From NCBI GenBank assembly GCA_963836205.1, contig CAWIIV010000024.1, positions 192,001-256,000 of the forward strand: 64,000 nt of DNA, read 5' to 3'. Below are positions 19,026 to 28,552 of the stretch, one piece after another. The translations under genes and the position numbers were made by a program. This DNA is from an uncultured Acidimicrobiia bacterium (GTDB lineage Bacteria; Actinomycetota; Acidimicrobiia; Acidimicrobiales; AC-14). Within the stretch, counting starts at the first letter, position 1. The number at the start of each line of letters is the position of its first letter. A model generated the notes under the pieces. The model made no database searches, was not told the DNA's origin, and was given only the letters and a program-made list of their open reading frames with translations.

Positions 19026-19637
19026 TCAGCGGAAGGCGGGGAAGTCGACGGTGGTGAAGAACCACAGCGCCGACGTGAGCCACAGCCCGGTGAGCAGGAC
19101 CACCAATGTTCCGCCGACAACGGGAAGGCCCCACTTGGGAAGGCGGTCGGACCGCAGTACCAGGAGCTTGGTGCTGAAGGCGCCGTAGAAGGCGCAGCCG
19201 AGCAGCGAGTGGACGAGCGGGCGGACACCGGCATCGGCCTGGAAGCCGAGCGCCCACAGGCAGTGGTAGGCGACGGGCAGCGAAACCAGGAAGGCGCACG
19301 TCCCCGACCACCGGTGGGCGAACGGCAGCCACCGGGGCGCCGGCCGCCAGATTGGAAGCTTCCCCCACATGCCCAGGACGGAGACGAGCTGAAAGGCGGC
19401 GAAGGCGAAGGCGACGGTCGCCAGCCACGCCTTCATAGCCTGGAGCGACGGGAAGCCGAGGTCGAAGATGGGGTCGAACGTGGCCTGATGGACCCGTCCG
19501 TAGACGCCGAGGGAAACCGCGACCGCCCCGCCGGCCAGGGCCGGCACCACCAGGGCCGAGGGGGTCGGCGGCGATGGGGTGGCCGGGGCGGGGGACGCCG
19601 GGGGGGCCGGGGCGGTGGCGGTGGGGTCGGCGCTCAT
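19026..19637 (-). CDS. DUF6529-like membrane protein
   Basis: KAWLATV...HRWSG...VAYHCL...HSLLGCAFYG; His residues in TM helices. Confidence 0.7.
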   Translation of the reverse strand: MSADPTATAPAPPASPAPATPSPPTPSALVVPALAGGAVAVSLGVYGRVHQATFDPIFDLGFPSLQAMKAWLATVAFAFAAFQLVSVLGMWGKLPIWRPAPRWLPFAHRWSGTCAFLVSLPVAYHCLWALGFQADAGVRPLVHSLLGCAFYGAFSTKLLVLRSDRLPKWGLPVVGGTLVVLLTGLWLTSALWFFTTVDFPAFR

Positions 19638-20066
19638 CGGACGACGAGGCTGCCGGACATCTGGGGGTGGATGAGGCAGGTGAAGCGGTAGCTGCCGGGA
19701 GCGGTAGGGGCGACCAGGTTGACGGTGGCCTTGGGGCCGACGCCTGTGTCGAACTCCCCGCCGGTGGCGGTGACGGTGTGGGCGACGCTGTCTCGGTTCT
19801 GGACGACGACCCGACCGCCACGGCCGGCGGTGACCGGTCCGAACTTGAGGCCCTGGATCTCGAGGGTCGCCGGGGCGGCGGCGGCCGCGGTCCCGGTGCC
19901 GCCCCCGGCCGGGTTGGCGTATTCGCCGCTGGCCGGAGCCGCTGGCCGGAGCCGGCGCGGGCACCGCCACCGGGCCCGGTGAGTCGGCGTTGAGGACCAA
20001 GGCGCCGGCGGTGAACGCAGCGGCAGCGACACAGACCACGAGCGAGCCGGTGAGTGATCTCTTCAT
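19634..20066 (-). CDS. Secreted cupredoxin/plastocyanin-like protein (apparent frameshift near 19950)
   Basis: Signal peptide in one frame; AHTVT...YRFTCLIHPQM type-1 Cu ligands in the other. Confidence 0.8.
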
Positions 20067-20075
20067 GTCCCGGGA

Positions 20076-20100
20076 TACGGCCCGCGGGCCCGAGCGGTTC
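20076..20100 (-). promoter_or_regulatory. ECF-sigma promoter GAACC-N16-CGTA
   Basis: Same motif and spacing at 21115-21139 (-) and 21790-21814 (+). Confidence 0.65.
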
Positions 20101-20171
20101 GCGGCCCGGACGCGACGGAGCCGGCGGCAGGAACGAATCCTGCGCGCCGGCTCCCGTCACGAACGACTGGG

Positions 20172-21077
20172 TCAGGTCGACTTCACCAGCGTCCCGTCGC
20201 CCTTGACCGCGAACCAGACGCCACCCGAGCCCTGGCCGTTGACGTCGCCGGGCCCGCCGTCGCCGGCGAAGTAGTACAGCGGCCACTTGCCCAGCTTGAG
20301 CTGGTCGGGGCCGCCGTCGGGCCGGGCCACGACGGTGAGCTTCGACCCGTCGACGCCGTCACCGGCGACGGGCTCGGCCGGGGCCGGTGCCGCCGGCCAC
20401 GCGGTGGCGCAGCCGCCGACGCACGTCGGGGTCCCGTCCACGTCCTTGGTGAAGGCGTAGAGCGTGCGCCCCTCGGCGTCGCCCACGATGTCGCCCAGGG
20501 CGGAGTCGGTCAGCGACACCGACGCCTCGGCCGGCGCCGCCACCGGACCGGGGACCCGGCCGTACCCGGGCGTGGTCGCGGCCCCTTCCTTCACCAGCTT
20601 GGCGTCGGGTGCGACCACGAACCACACGTCGCCCGCGCCCTGGCCGTAGGAGTCGCCGGCGGTGGCGTCTCCCTCGAAGTAGTACAGCGGCCACTTGCCG
20701 GCGACCAGTTGCAGGCTGCCGTCGTCGCGGGTCGTGGTGGCGAACACGCCGGTGTCGAGCCCGGGGCCGACGGTCCAGGTGGCGTCCACGGTGGCCGCCG
20801 GCCAGGCCAGGAGGCACGCCCCGCTGCAGGTGCTGCGGGCGTCGACGTCGTTGGTGAACCCGTAGAGGGTTCGGCCGTCGGCGCCGACGAGGATCTCGCC
20901 CAGGTCGGCCTGGCCCAGCTTCACCGCCGCTCCCGCGGGAGCGGTGACGGCCGGCGCGGGGTCGGCCGCGGGCGGGGCGGACGTGGTGGTGTCGGAGCCC
21001 GAGCCACACGCGCCGGCGATGACGCCGGCGGCGACCAGGGCGAGCAGGAGCCGTTGGGGGCGGGTGGGCAGACGCAT
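20172..21077 (-). CDS. COG4315 / secreted-repeat lipoprotein (two repeats)
   Basis: Lipobox IAGAC; duplicated GRTLYxF..D...C.G.C...WP...KWPLYYF.GD...GQG...VWF.V. Confidence 0.85.
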   Translation of the reverse strand: MRLPTRPQRLLLALVAAGVIAGACGSGSDTTTSAPPAADPAPAVTAPAGAAVKLGQADLGEILVGADGRTLYGFTNDVDARSTCSGACLLAWPAATVDATWTVGPGLDTGVFATTTRDDGSLQLVAGKWPLYYFEGDATAGDSYGQGAGDVWFVVAPDAKLVKEGAATTPGYGRVPGPVAAPAEASVSLTDSALGDIVGDAEGRTLYAFTKDVDGTPTCVGGCATAWPAAPAPAEPVAGDGVDGSKLTVVARPDGGPDQLKLGKWPLYYFAGDGGPGDVNGQGSGGVWFAVKGDGTLVKST

Positions 21078-21114
21078 CGGAGGACCTCCGTATCGGGACT
21101 GTGTCGAAACCCGG

Positions 21115-21139
21115 TACGGGCCGGCGCGGGGTCCGGTTC
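21115..21139 (-). promoter_or_regulatory. ECF-sigma promoter GAACC-N16-CGTA
   Basis: Upstream of the lipoprotein gene; motif occurs three times around the ECF sigma gene. Confidence 0.65.
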
Positions 21140-21200
21140 AGGGACAGGGATCAAGGATTTCCCCGATGTGGCGACGAGGGCCGGTCGTCAGTCTGCGGTC

Positions 21201-21791
21201 ATGGCAACCGAGACCCCCGACGTCACCCGCCCGCGGACCCGTCCCGTGATCGACCGGGCGACCGCAATCGGCTTCCGAGCAGGCGATCCCGACGCGGTGC
21301 GGGCCGTGTACCGGGCCTATGGGGGCCTCGTCTTCGCGGTCGCCCACCGGGTGCTCGGTGACCGCGCCCTCGCCGAGGAGGCGTCGCACCAGGCGTTCGT
21401 CCAGGCCTGGCGGGCGGCCCGCTCGTTCGACCCGTCCCGTGAGCTGGCCCCGTGGCTGGCCACCATCGCCCGGCGGGCGGCCATCGACCTCCACCGGCGG
21501 GAGTCGGTGCGGAGCCATCGCTCCATCGAGGACCTCGATCTGGCCGAGGTGAGGGTGCTCACCCTTCCCGACGGGGCCGAGCGGGCGCTCGAGGTGGGGC
21601 TGGTGCGGGACGCGGTCGACGAGCTCCCTCCCGACGAGCGCGCCGTCGTGCGCCTCCAGCACCTGGACGGCTACACCCACACCGAGATCGCGGCCCGCCT
21701 TGGCATCCCCGTCGGGACGGTGAAGTCCCGCTCGAGCCGGGCCCACCGGCGGCTGGCCGCCCGCCTCGACTATCTCCGCCAGGCGGGCTGA
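21201..21791 (+). CDS. ECF RNA polymerase sigma factor (SigK-like)
   Basis: Region 2 (AFVQAWR..FDP...WLATIARR) and region 4 (EIAARLGIPVGTVKSR). Confidence 0.9.
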   Translation: MATETPDVTRPRTRPVIDRATAIGFRAGDPDAVRAVYRAYGGLVFAVAHRVLGDRALAEEASHQAFVQAWRAARSFDPSRELAPWLATIARRAAIDLHRRESVRSHRSIEDLDLAEVRVLTLPDGAERALEVGLVRDAVDELPPDERAVVRLQHLDGYTHTEIAARLGIPVGTVKSRSSRAHRRLAARLDYLRQAG

Positions 21792-21822
21792 ACCGGGGGC
21801 AGTCCGACGCCGTACCACCGGT

Positions 21823-21984
21823 GTGGACGACCTCGCCGCTCTCCTCGCCGACCCGTGTATCTGGGCCGAGCCGCCGGCCGGCCTGGAGGCGCGGGTGCTC
21901 GACGCCATCGCCGACGAGGTTGGTGGCCGGCTGGGTGCCACCCACCCCGCAGCAGTCCGGTCTCGCGACCGTCGTCGACGATGA
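21823..21984 (+). CDS. Small ORF resembling an anti-sigma (RskA-like) N-terminus, truncated
   Basis: 53 aa VDDLAALLADPCIWAEPPAGLEARVLDAIA...; not in ORF track; preceded by the ECF promoter motif. Confidence 0.5.
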   Translation: MDDLAALLADPCIWAEPPAGLEARVLDAIADEVGGRLGATHPAAVRSRDRRRR

Positions 21985-22116
21985 CGGAACGCCGACGGGC
22001 CCAGGGGAGGGCGATGCCGTGCGCCTCTTCGACACGAACGCCGCGCCGCCGCCGGTGGGGTGTGGGCGTCGAGCGCCGCCCCGATCCCGAGATCGCCAGC
22101 GCCGCCTGAAACCGGC

Positions 22117-22851
22117 TCAGGCCGGGTCGGGCGTTTCCCGGACTCCGAACTCCCGCAGGAGGAAGGGGTTGGTCCGCCGCTCGTGGCCGACGGTGGTGGT
22201 GGCCCCGTGGCCGGGGAAGACCACCACCTCGTCGGAGAGCGGGAGGACCTTCTCCGCCATCGACGCCATCAGCTGCTCGTAGGAGCCGCCGGGCAGGTCG
22301 GTGCGGCCGATCGACCCCGCGAACAGGTGATCGCCGCTGAACAGCCGGGGCGGCTCACCCTCCATCTCCAGGAGGAAGCACACCGAACCCTGGGTGTGGC
22401 CGGGCGTGTGGAGGGCGGTGAACGTCATCCCCGCGCCCGACACCCTCTGGCCGTCGTCGAGGCCGAAGACGAGCTCGGGCGGGGGGATGCGGAGGTTCTC
22501 CAGGTCGAGCATCTGGGCCAGGGTGCCGCCGGCACCGACCGGGTCGAGGAGCATGTGGCGGTCGCGGTCGTGGAGGTGGACGGGGATGGTGGCCGCGGAG
22601 CCCTCCATCTCCGTCATCCCGTCGTGGGCGTGGGCCACCACCTCGCCGATGCCGCCGACGTGGTCGACGTGGCCGTGGGTGGTGAGGAGGGCGACCAGCC
22701 GCAGCCCGTTCTCCCGCAGCCGGTGGAGGATGACGCGCGGCTCGGGCGGGGCGTCGATCAGCACACACTCGCCGCCGGGGCCGTCGGGGGCGACGATCCA
22801 CACGTTGGTGCCGGCCAACCACAGCCGGAGCCCCTCGATGACCGGGCTCAC
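22117..22851 (-). CDS. MBL-fold hydrolase (glyoxalase II-like)
   Basis: THGHVDH, HTPGHT, SGD, GRTDLPGG and PGHG motifs. Confidence 0.9.
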   Translation of the reverse strand: MSPVIEGLRLWLAGTNVWIVAPDGPGGECVLIDAPPEPRVILHRLRENGLRLVALLTTHGHVDHVGGIGEVVAHAHDGMTEMEGSAATIPVHLHDRDRHMLLDPVGAGGTLAQMLDLENLRIPPPELVFGLDDGQRVSGAGMTFTALHTPGHTQGSVCFLLEMEGEPPRLFSGDHLFAGSIGRTDLPGGSYEQLMASMAEKVLPLSDEVVVFPGHGATTTVGHERRTNPFLLREFGVRETPDPA

Positions 22852-24719
22852 GTCGCCTCCCCTCGACGGTCGAGGGCGTCGGCGATGACCCGGGGGCGGG
22901 GGTCAGCCATGATCTCTTCCAACGGCATGGGCAGGGCGATCGACCAGTTGGGCCATTCGTCGACGGTACCGGGCATGTTGGGTCGCTCCGGCACGGACAC
23001 CGCGTCGTCGAGCGCAGCGGCCAGGAGCAGGCAGGGGGCGGTGCCGAGGGCGCCGTACAGGCCGGCCACGGCCTCGTCGGGTTGGGCGTCGGCGGCCACG
23101 CCGGTCATGTCCTGCAGCCGCCGGCACATGGCCTCGGTGGCCTCGACGTTGGGTTCGGTACCGAGCCGGCGCTGGTCGTCCAGGTCGGACCCCGTCCACA
23201 ACCCGGCGACGGTGGGCAGGTCATGGGTGGTGACCGCGGCGAGGGCCCGCTCGGGGTACTGCGGGGGCGGCCGGTCCTCGAACCACAGCAACTTGTACGA
23301 CAGCAGGTCGCGGTCGGCCATCTCCTTCCGCACGTGGTCTTCCACCGTCCCCAGGTCCTCGCCCACCACGTAGGCGCCGGCCCGGTGCGCCTCGAGGGCG
23401 ACGATGTCGAGCAACTCGGTGGCCGGGTAGCGGACGTAGGCGCCGGACGCGGCCGGCTGGCCCCGGGGGATCCAGAACAGCCGGAACAGGCCCATCACGT
23501 GATCGACCCGCAGCCCGCCGGCGTGGCGGAGGCCGGCCCGGATGGTCTCCACGAACGGCCCGTACCCGGCGTCCCGCAGCTTCCAGGGATCGAACGGCGG
23601 CAGGCCCCAGTCCTGGCCCCGGGTGTTGAACTCGTCGGGCGGGGCGCCGACGGCCATGTCGAGGGCGAAGACGTCCTGCCACAGCCAGGCGTCGGCGCCG
23701 CCGGGGTCGACCCCCACCGCCAGGTCGTGCATCACCGCCACTCCCGCGGTCGACGCCGACTCCAACTGGAGGTCGAGCAGCCACTGCAACCACTGGTGGA
23801 ACCGGACCCGGTCCTCGTGCTTGCGTCCGTAGGCCGCCACCTCGGGCTGGTCGGGGTGGCGGAACGACTCCGGCCACGCCTGCCAGTCGGCGCCGTGGTC
23901 CTCGACCAGCACGCAGAAGGTGGCGTAGGCGTCGAGGGGGCCGCCACCGCCGGGGCCTTGCCGCCACCGGTCGAAGACGGGGTCGCCGGCGAAGTCGTCC
24001 CACACCTGGCCGAGGGCGTCGAGCTTGAGGCGCCACACCGCGTCGCGGTCGATCAGGCGCCGGCGGTTGAGGGCCCGCCCGGCCTGGGCGAGTGCGTCCA
24101 GCCGGTCGCCGAGGGCGGCCGCCGCGCCGGGGACGTCCTCCACCCGGAGGTAGAGCGGGTTGCGGAACCGGCGGCTGCTCGGGAAGTAGGGGCTGGCGGC
24201 CTGGGGGAAGCCGGGCATGGCCGCGTGGAGGGGGTTGACCAGGACCATGCCCGCGCCCAGGTCGTCGGCCGACCATGCTGCCAGCCGGCGGAGGTCGGCC
24301 AGGTCGCCCATCCCCCAGCTCGCTTCCGAGCGCATGGCGTAGAGCTGCACCGCCCACCCCCATGTGGGGTCGCCCACCGGGAGCGGGCACCGCCCGGGGC
24401 TGACGACGACCGTGGTCCGGGCGCCGTCGTCGAGGCCGACGAGGACGTGGTAGCCGAGGGGGAGATCCGCTGGCAGGCGGTCGTCGACCCGGACCTCGCC
24501 CCCGTCCTCGGTGTGGAGGATCGACGGGCCACGGACGGCCGGGGTCGTACCGGGCCGGAGGAAGAGCACAGGTTCGCCCCCGGGCGGGTCGGGGCGCTCG
24601 GCGGACGCGCCCATCGTCCGCAGGATGGCTTCGACGGTTGCGGGGGGGCTTTCCCGCCACCGGCCCATGGCGTCGTGGTAGCCCTGATGGACGCCCCAGG
24701 CCGCGGGGTCGGGCCTCAG
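22848..24719 (-). CDS. malQ: 4-alpha-glucanotransferase (GH77)
   Basis: SPYFPSSR, DLAVG, GQDWGLPP, RVDHVMG, GEDLG, THDLPT and NMPGT motifs; start uncertain. Confidence 0.9.
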   Translation of the reverse strand: MRPDPAAWGVHQGYHDAMGRWRESPPATVEAILRTMGASAERPDPPGGEPVLFLRPGTTPAVRGPSILHTEDGGEVRVDDRLPADLPLGYHVLVGLDDGARTTVVVSPGRCPLPVGDPTWGWAVQLYAMRSEASWGMGDLADLRRLAAWSADDLGAGMVLVNPLHAAMPGFPQAASPYFPSSRRFRNPLYLRVEDVPGAAAALGDRLDALAQAGRALNRRRLIDRDAVWRLKLDALGQVWDDFAGDPVFDRWRQGPGGGGPLDAYATFCVLVEDHGADWQAWPESFRHPDQPEVAAYGRKHEDRVRFHQWLQWLLDLQLESASTAGVAVMHDLAVGVDPGGADAWLWQDVFALDMAVGAPPDEFNTRGQDWGLPPFDPWKLRDAGYGPFVETIRAGLRHAGGLRVDHVMGLFRLFWIPRGQPAASGAYVRYPATELLDIVALEAHRAGAYVVGEDLGTVEDHVRKEMADRDLLSYKLLWFEDRPPPQYPERALAAVTTHDLPTVAGLWTGSDLDDQRRLGTEPNVEATEAMCRRLQDMTGVAADAQPDEAVAGLYGALGTAPCLLLAAALDDAVSVPERPNMPGTVDEWPNWSIALPMPLEEIMADPRPRVIADALDRRGEAT

Positions 24720-25603
24720 TGGGGGACCGCCTCGGCCCGTTCCCGGGGACGGACGCCCTGGCCGTTGAGCAGGACGATGCCGCCGACGATGAGCGCCCCG
24801 CCCGCAACCAGCCGCACATGGAAGGGCTCGTGCAGGAAGAGCAGTCCGACGGTGACGGCCATCACCGGTACCAGGTAGGTGACAGCCGCGGCCATCGTCG
24901 GGCCGAGGTCGGAGATGATCCGGTAGAAGAGGACATAGGCCAGCCCCGTACCCAGGATGCCCAGCAGGCAGACCGCGAGCAGGCGCCGGGGTGTGAGGTC
25001 GAGTCCCTCCCGGGCGGTGGTGGCGACGGCCACGGGCAGGGCCAGGATGCTGGCCATCACCAGCTGGCCGGCGGCGTTCACCAGCGGGGGCTGGTGGCCG
25101 AGGTGACGCTTGGCGTAGACGATGGCGATGGCATAGCAGGCGCCGGCGGCGACGGCCGCCGCCTCGCCCGCCAGCGACGCCCCGGTGAGCTCGGACGCGC
25201 CCAGTCCCGCGGCCACACCCACGCCCACGAAGCCGAGCAGCAGGCCGAGGGACTGGCTCTGGCGGAGGCGTTGGCCGAGGAAGAGGGCGGCCAGGAGGGC
25301 GGCGAACAGGGGGGTGGCGGCGTTGAGCACCGCCCCCAGGGCGGACGGGATGCGCTGCTCACCCCAGGCCAGGAGGGTGAACGGCACCGCGCTGCCGAAC
25401 AGGCCCACGACCGCGTAATGCCGCCACGCTTCCCGTCCCGTGGGCAGGCGCAACCCTTTCACCCGCACTACGGCCAGGAGGACGAGCATGCCCAGAGTCA
25501 CCCGGGTGAACGACACCGCCGCCGGTGGCATCCCTCCGACCGCCACCTTGATGAGGAGGAACGACCAGCCCCAGATGCCCGCCAACAGAAAGAGGCGGCG
25601 CAT
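24716..25603 (-). CDS. EamA/DMT transporter
   Basis: IWGWSFLLIK; about 10 TM segments; TACGAT leaderless start. Confidence 0.85.
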   Translation of the reverse strand: MRRLFLLAGIWGWSFLLIKVAVGGMPPAAVSFTRVTLGMLVLLAVVRVKGLRLPTGREAWRHYAVVGLFGSAVPFTLLAWGEQRIPSALGAVLNAATPLFAALLAALFLGQRLRQSQSLGLLLGFVGVGVAAGLGASELTGASLAGEAAAVAAGACYAIAIVYAKRHLGHQPPLVNAAGQLVMASILALPVAVATTAREGLDLTPRRLLAVCLLGILGTGLAYVLFYRIISDLGPTMAAAVTYLVPVMAVTVGLLFLHEPFHVRLVAGGALIVGGIVLLNGQGVRPRERAEAVPH

Positions 25604-25659
25604 CCCCCGATCGTAGGGGCGCAACGTCGGACCTCCACCCGAGTTTCCCGCCGCCGCCC

Positions 25660-25890
25660 GTGTCCGGCGAGCGAGTGGCGCGAGTGGTCCCTCGAGGGAC
25701 CGGTAGTGCCACCCGCTCGGACGTCCGAGCGCTGGCCCCCCTGGTCCGGCGACCGAGTGGCGCGAGTGGTCCCCTGGAGGGACCGGTACTGCCATCCGCT
25801 CGGACGCCCGGCGTCCCGCCCCCGTGGTCCGGCGAGCGAGTGGCGCGGAAGCCCCTCAGCAGGGGGGTCTCGTGGCGATCGCTCGGATCG
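25660..25890. repeat. Cluster of about three REP-like hairpin units (~82-bp period)
   Basis: GTCCGGCGA(G/C)CGAGTGGCGCG three times; ~52-bp palindromic core CGAGCGAGTGGC...GCCACCCGCTCG. Confidence 0.75.
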
Positions 25891-25900
25891 CGGGCGCCGG

Positions 25901-26554
25901 TTACCCCCGGGACGGGGCGGTTGCGGGCACGCCGCCGCGGGCGACGACGTCGAGGTCGACCTCGCCCCGGGCGACCAGTCCGACGACGTCGAGGGACAGG
26001 CGGGGCTCGCACGCCCGCACCCGGTCCCGCAGGCTCTCAAGGGTGTCGTCGGCCAGCACCGGCACCCGGTATTGCAGCACCACCGGCCCGTGGTCGTACT
26101 CCTCGTCGACCAGGTGCACGCTCGGGCCCGTCTCCTTCTCGCCGGCGGCCAACACCGCCTCGTAGACCCGGTCGCCGTACATCCCCTCGCCCCCGTAGGC
26201 CGGCAGCAGGGCGGGGTGGATGTTGAGGATGCGGTTGCGGAAGGCGGCCACCGTCGCCGGGCCCAGGCGCTTCATGTACCCCGACAGGAACACCAGGTCG
26301 ACCGCCCGCTCGAGCAGAACCCCGGCGATGGCCTGGTCGAGACGCCCCGGGTCGGGATGGGTGCGGCTGCTCAGGTGGCATCGGTCGATGCCGTGCTCCC
26401 GGGCGTAGTCGAGGATGGTGGCGTCGCCGTTGTTGCTCACCAGCACGACCAGTTCACCGTCGAGGGTGCCCGCCCGGCAGGCGGCGTCGATGTGGCGGAG
26501 GTTGGTGCCGTTGTGGGACGCGATCCCGGCGATCCGCAGCGGCCCGTCCCCCAT
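25901..26554 (-). CDS. purN: Phosphoribosylglycinamide formyltransferase
   Basis: SHNGTNL, LSGYM, LNIHPALLP, ETGPSVHLV and YDHGP motifs. Confidence 0.9.
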   Translation of the reverse strand: MGDGPLRIAGIASHNGTNLRHIDAACRAGTLDGELVVLVSNNGDATILDYAREHGIDRCHLSSRTHPDPGRLDQAIAGVLLERAVDLVFLSGYMKRLGPATVAAFRNRILNIHPALLPAYGGEGMYGDRVYEAVLAAGEKETGPSVHLVDEEYDHGPVVLQYRVPVLADDTLESLRDRVRACEPRLSLDVVGLVARGEVDLDVVARGGVPATAPSRG

Positions 26555-26569
26555 CGGCGCCTACCGTAG

Positions 26570-27559
26570 CTACGGGGCCGCGGGCGCCGGGGAATCGGCC
26601 CTCGGCGTGGGCGTGGCCGTGGGCGGCCGGCGACGGAAGAGGCGGCTCAGCCCCCAGATCACGAGGCCCAGGACGACGATCGGTACCGCCCAGCCGACCA
26701 CGATGATCATCCCGCCGACCACCGCCACCGCCCCGTCGACCGACCGGCGGAAGGCGTTGGCCAGGCCCTCGTCGTCGTCGACCGGTCGGGGCTCGAAGCC
26801 GGCGCCCGGCTCGAAGACCGACACCTGGATGGTGGCCAGCGACGCCGCCTGCTCCAGGTTCTGCTTCTGGGCGGTGAGCTGCTCGATCTGCTGCCGCACG
26901 TTGAAGAGCGAGTTCTGCACCTCCAGCACCTCGCCCACCGCGGTCGCCCGACCCAGCAGGCCCCGCAGGGCCTCCTCCTGGGCGACGAGGCTCCTGAGCC
27001 GGGCGTCGTAGTCGACCAGCTGGCCGCTCACGTCCTCGCCCCGCAGGGCCTGGTACTCGACCTTGCCGAGGGCGGCCAGGTCACGGCGGGCGGCGTCGAA
27101 GCGGTCGGACGGCACCCGCACGGTGAGCTCGCCGGCCCGGGCCTTCTCGATCGACGACGTGGACGACCCGGCCACGAATCCGCCGTGGGCGGCAGCGATG
27201 GACGCCACCCGGTCGAAGGCGACGTCGAAGCCGTTCTTGCCCACGTTCACCCGCAGCTCGCCGCTGCGGACGATCCTGGGCGACCCGGGTACGGGCGTCG
27301 ACCCTCCGTCCGGCGGCACCGGGCCGATCTGCTTGAAGTCGGCGTCCATCCCGGGGGCGGCGATGGACGCGCCGGCGCCGGCATCGGCGACCCCGCCCGC
27401 CGCGCTCTCCCGGCCGGGCACGACCGTCCCCCCGGTGGCCAGGTCGTCGTCGGACTTCAGGCTGCCGAGCGCCGCCACCAGGGCGCCGGCCACGACCAGC
27501 GCCACGACCGCCGCCGCCACCGTCCGCCCCCGGTTCCCACCGATCCGAACCCGTGCCAT
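26570..27559 (-). CDS. DUF4349 domain membrane protein
   Basis: ELTVRVPS...EDVSGQLVD, coiled coil, C-terminal TM; GGAAC-N17-CGTC ECF-like promoter upstream. Confidence 0.8.
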   Translation of the reverse strand: MARVRIGGNRGRTVAAAVVALVVAGALVAALGSLKSDDDLATGGTVVPGRESAAGGVADAGAGASIAAPGMDADFKQIGPVPPDGGSTPVPGSPRIVRSGELRVNVGKNGFDVAFDRVASIAAAHGGFVAGSSTSSIEKARAGELTVRVPSDRFDAARRDLAALGKVEYQALRGEDVSGQLVDYDARLRSLVAQEEALRGLLGRATAVGEVLEVQNSLFNVRQQIEQLTAQKQNLEQAASLATIQVSVFEPGAGFEPRPVDDDEGLANAFRRSVDGAVAVVGGMIIVVGWAVPIVVLGLVIWGLSRLFRRRPPTATPTPRADSPAPAAP

Positions 27560-27654
27560 CACGTTCCTCCTCGTCGTGCGTCATCCAGTGGACGACCCTG
27601 CTCCCGGGGAAGTTCCAGGGGCGCCCGAGGCGTCGGCGGTAGACTCGGCGTCCC

Positions 27655-27948
27655 ATGTCCAAGTGGTTGGTCGAGCGCAGACTCTCCGAATCGGCCGAGC
27701 GCCTCAAGCGTTTGCGGGCCGAGATCGTGGTGGCCGACGAGCAGCTGCGTTCGCTCGCCGACACGGCCGACGACGCCCGCCTGCGGGCGCTCATGTCGGA
27801 GACGCCCAGGGCGGAGCAGGAGCACCGCGAGGCCCAACGCCACGCCGACGCCATGGCCCGCCACCGCTCCGAGCTCGAAGCCGAGGTCCGCATGCTCCAG
27901 GAGTCCCAGGACGATCTCCTCGACCGCCTGGCGCGCGAGCTCGACTGA
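27655..27948 (+). CDS. Small coiled-coil hypothetical protein
   Basis: 97-aa helical ORF, TAGACT -10 upstream. Confidence 0.7.
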   Translation: MSKWLVERRLSESAERLKRLRAEIVVADEQLRSLADTADDARLRALMSETPRAEQEHREAQRHADAMARHRSELEAEVRMLQESQDDLLDRLARELD

Positions 27949-27967
27949 CCCCGATGACCGACAACTA

Positions 27968-28552
27968 GTGGCAATTCGAATCGTCATCGCCGAGGACGAG
28001 GCCCTGATCCGCCTCGACCTTCAGGAGACCCTCGAGGAGGAGGGCTACGAAGTCGTGGGCGCAGTCGGGCGGGGCGACGACGCGGTGGCCCTGGTCAAGG
28101 AGCTCAGTCCCGACCTGGCCATCCTCGACATCAAGATGCCGGGCATGGACGGCATCGCCGCGGCCAAGGAGATCGTCTCCGCCCGCCGGGCGGCGGTGCT
28201 CATCCTCACCGCCTTCAGCCAGCGTGACCTGGTGGAGAAGGCCACCACCGCGGGCGCCGTCGGCTACCTGGTCAAGCCGTTCCAGAAGAGCGAGCTGATC
28301 CCCGCCATCGAGGTGGCCATCGCCCGGTTCAAGGAGCTGCGGGCGCTGGAGGACGAGGTCCACAGCCTGGAGGACCAACTCGTCACCCGCCGCCTGGTCG
28401 ACCGGGCCAAGGGGATGCTCATGGACCGCCACAAGATGCCGGAGGGCGAGGCGTTCTCGTTCATCCAGCAGACCGCCATGCGCCAGCGTGCCAAGATGCG
28501 AGCCGTCGCCCAGCAGATCATCGACGGCGAGCTCGTTCCTCCGTCGGCTTAG
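27968..28552 (+). CDS. ANTAR-domain response regulator (PdtaR-like)
   Basis: IAEDEALIRLDL REC domain, DIKMP, VDRAKGMLM ANTAR; near polA as in other actinobacteria. Confidence 0.9.
   Translation: MAIRIVIAEDEALIRLDLQETLEEEGYEVVGAVGRGDDAVALVKELSPDLAILDIKMPGMDGIAAAKEIVSARRAAVLILTAFSQRDLVEKATTAGAVGYLVKPFQKSELIPAIEVAIARFKELRALEDEVHSLEDQLVTRRLVDRAKGMLMDRHKMPEGEAFSFIQQTAMRQRAKMRAVAQQIIDGELVPPSA

Noticed and set aside
25660-25890. CRISPR-like mini-array
   Set aside because: The intervening sequences resemble each other and pair with the repeat, which fits REP-like hairpins rather than unique spacers.
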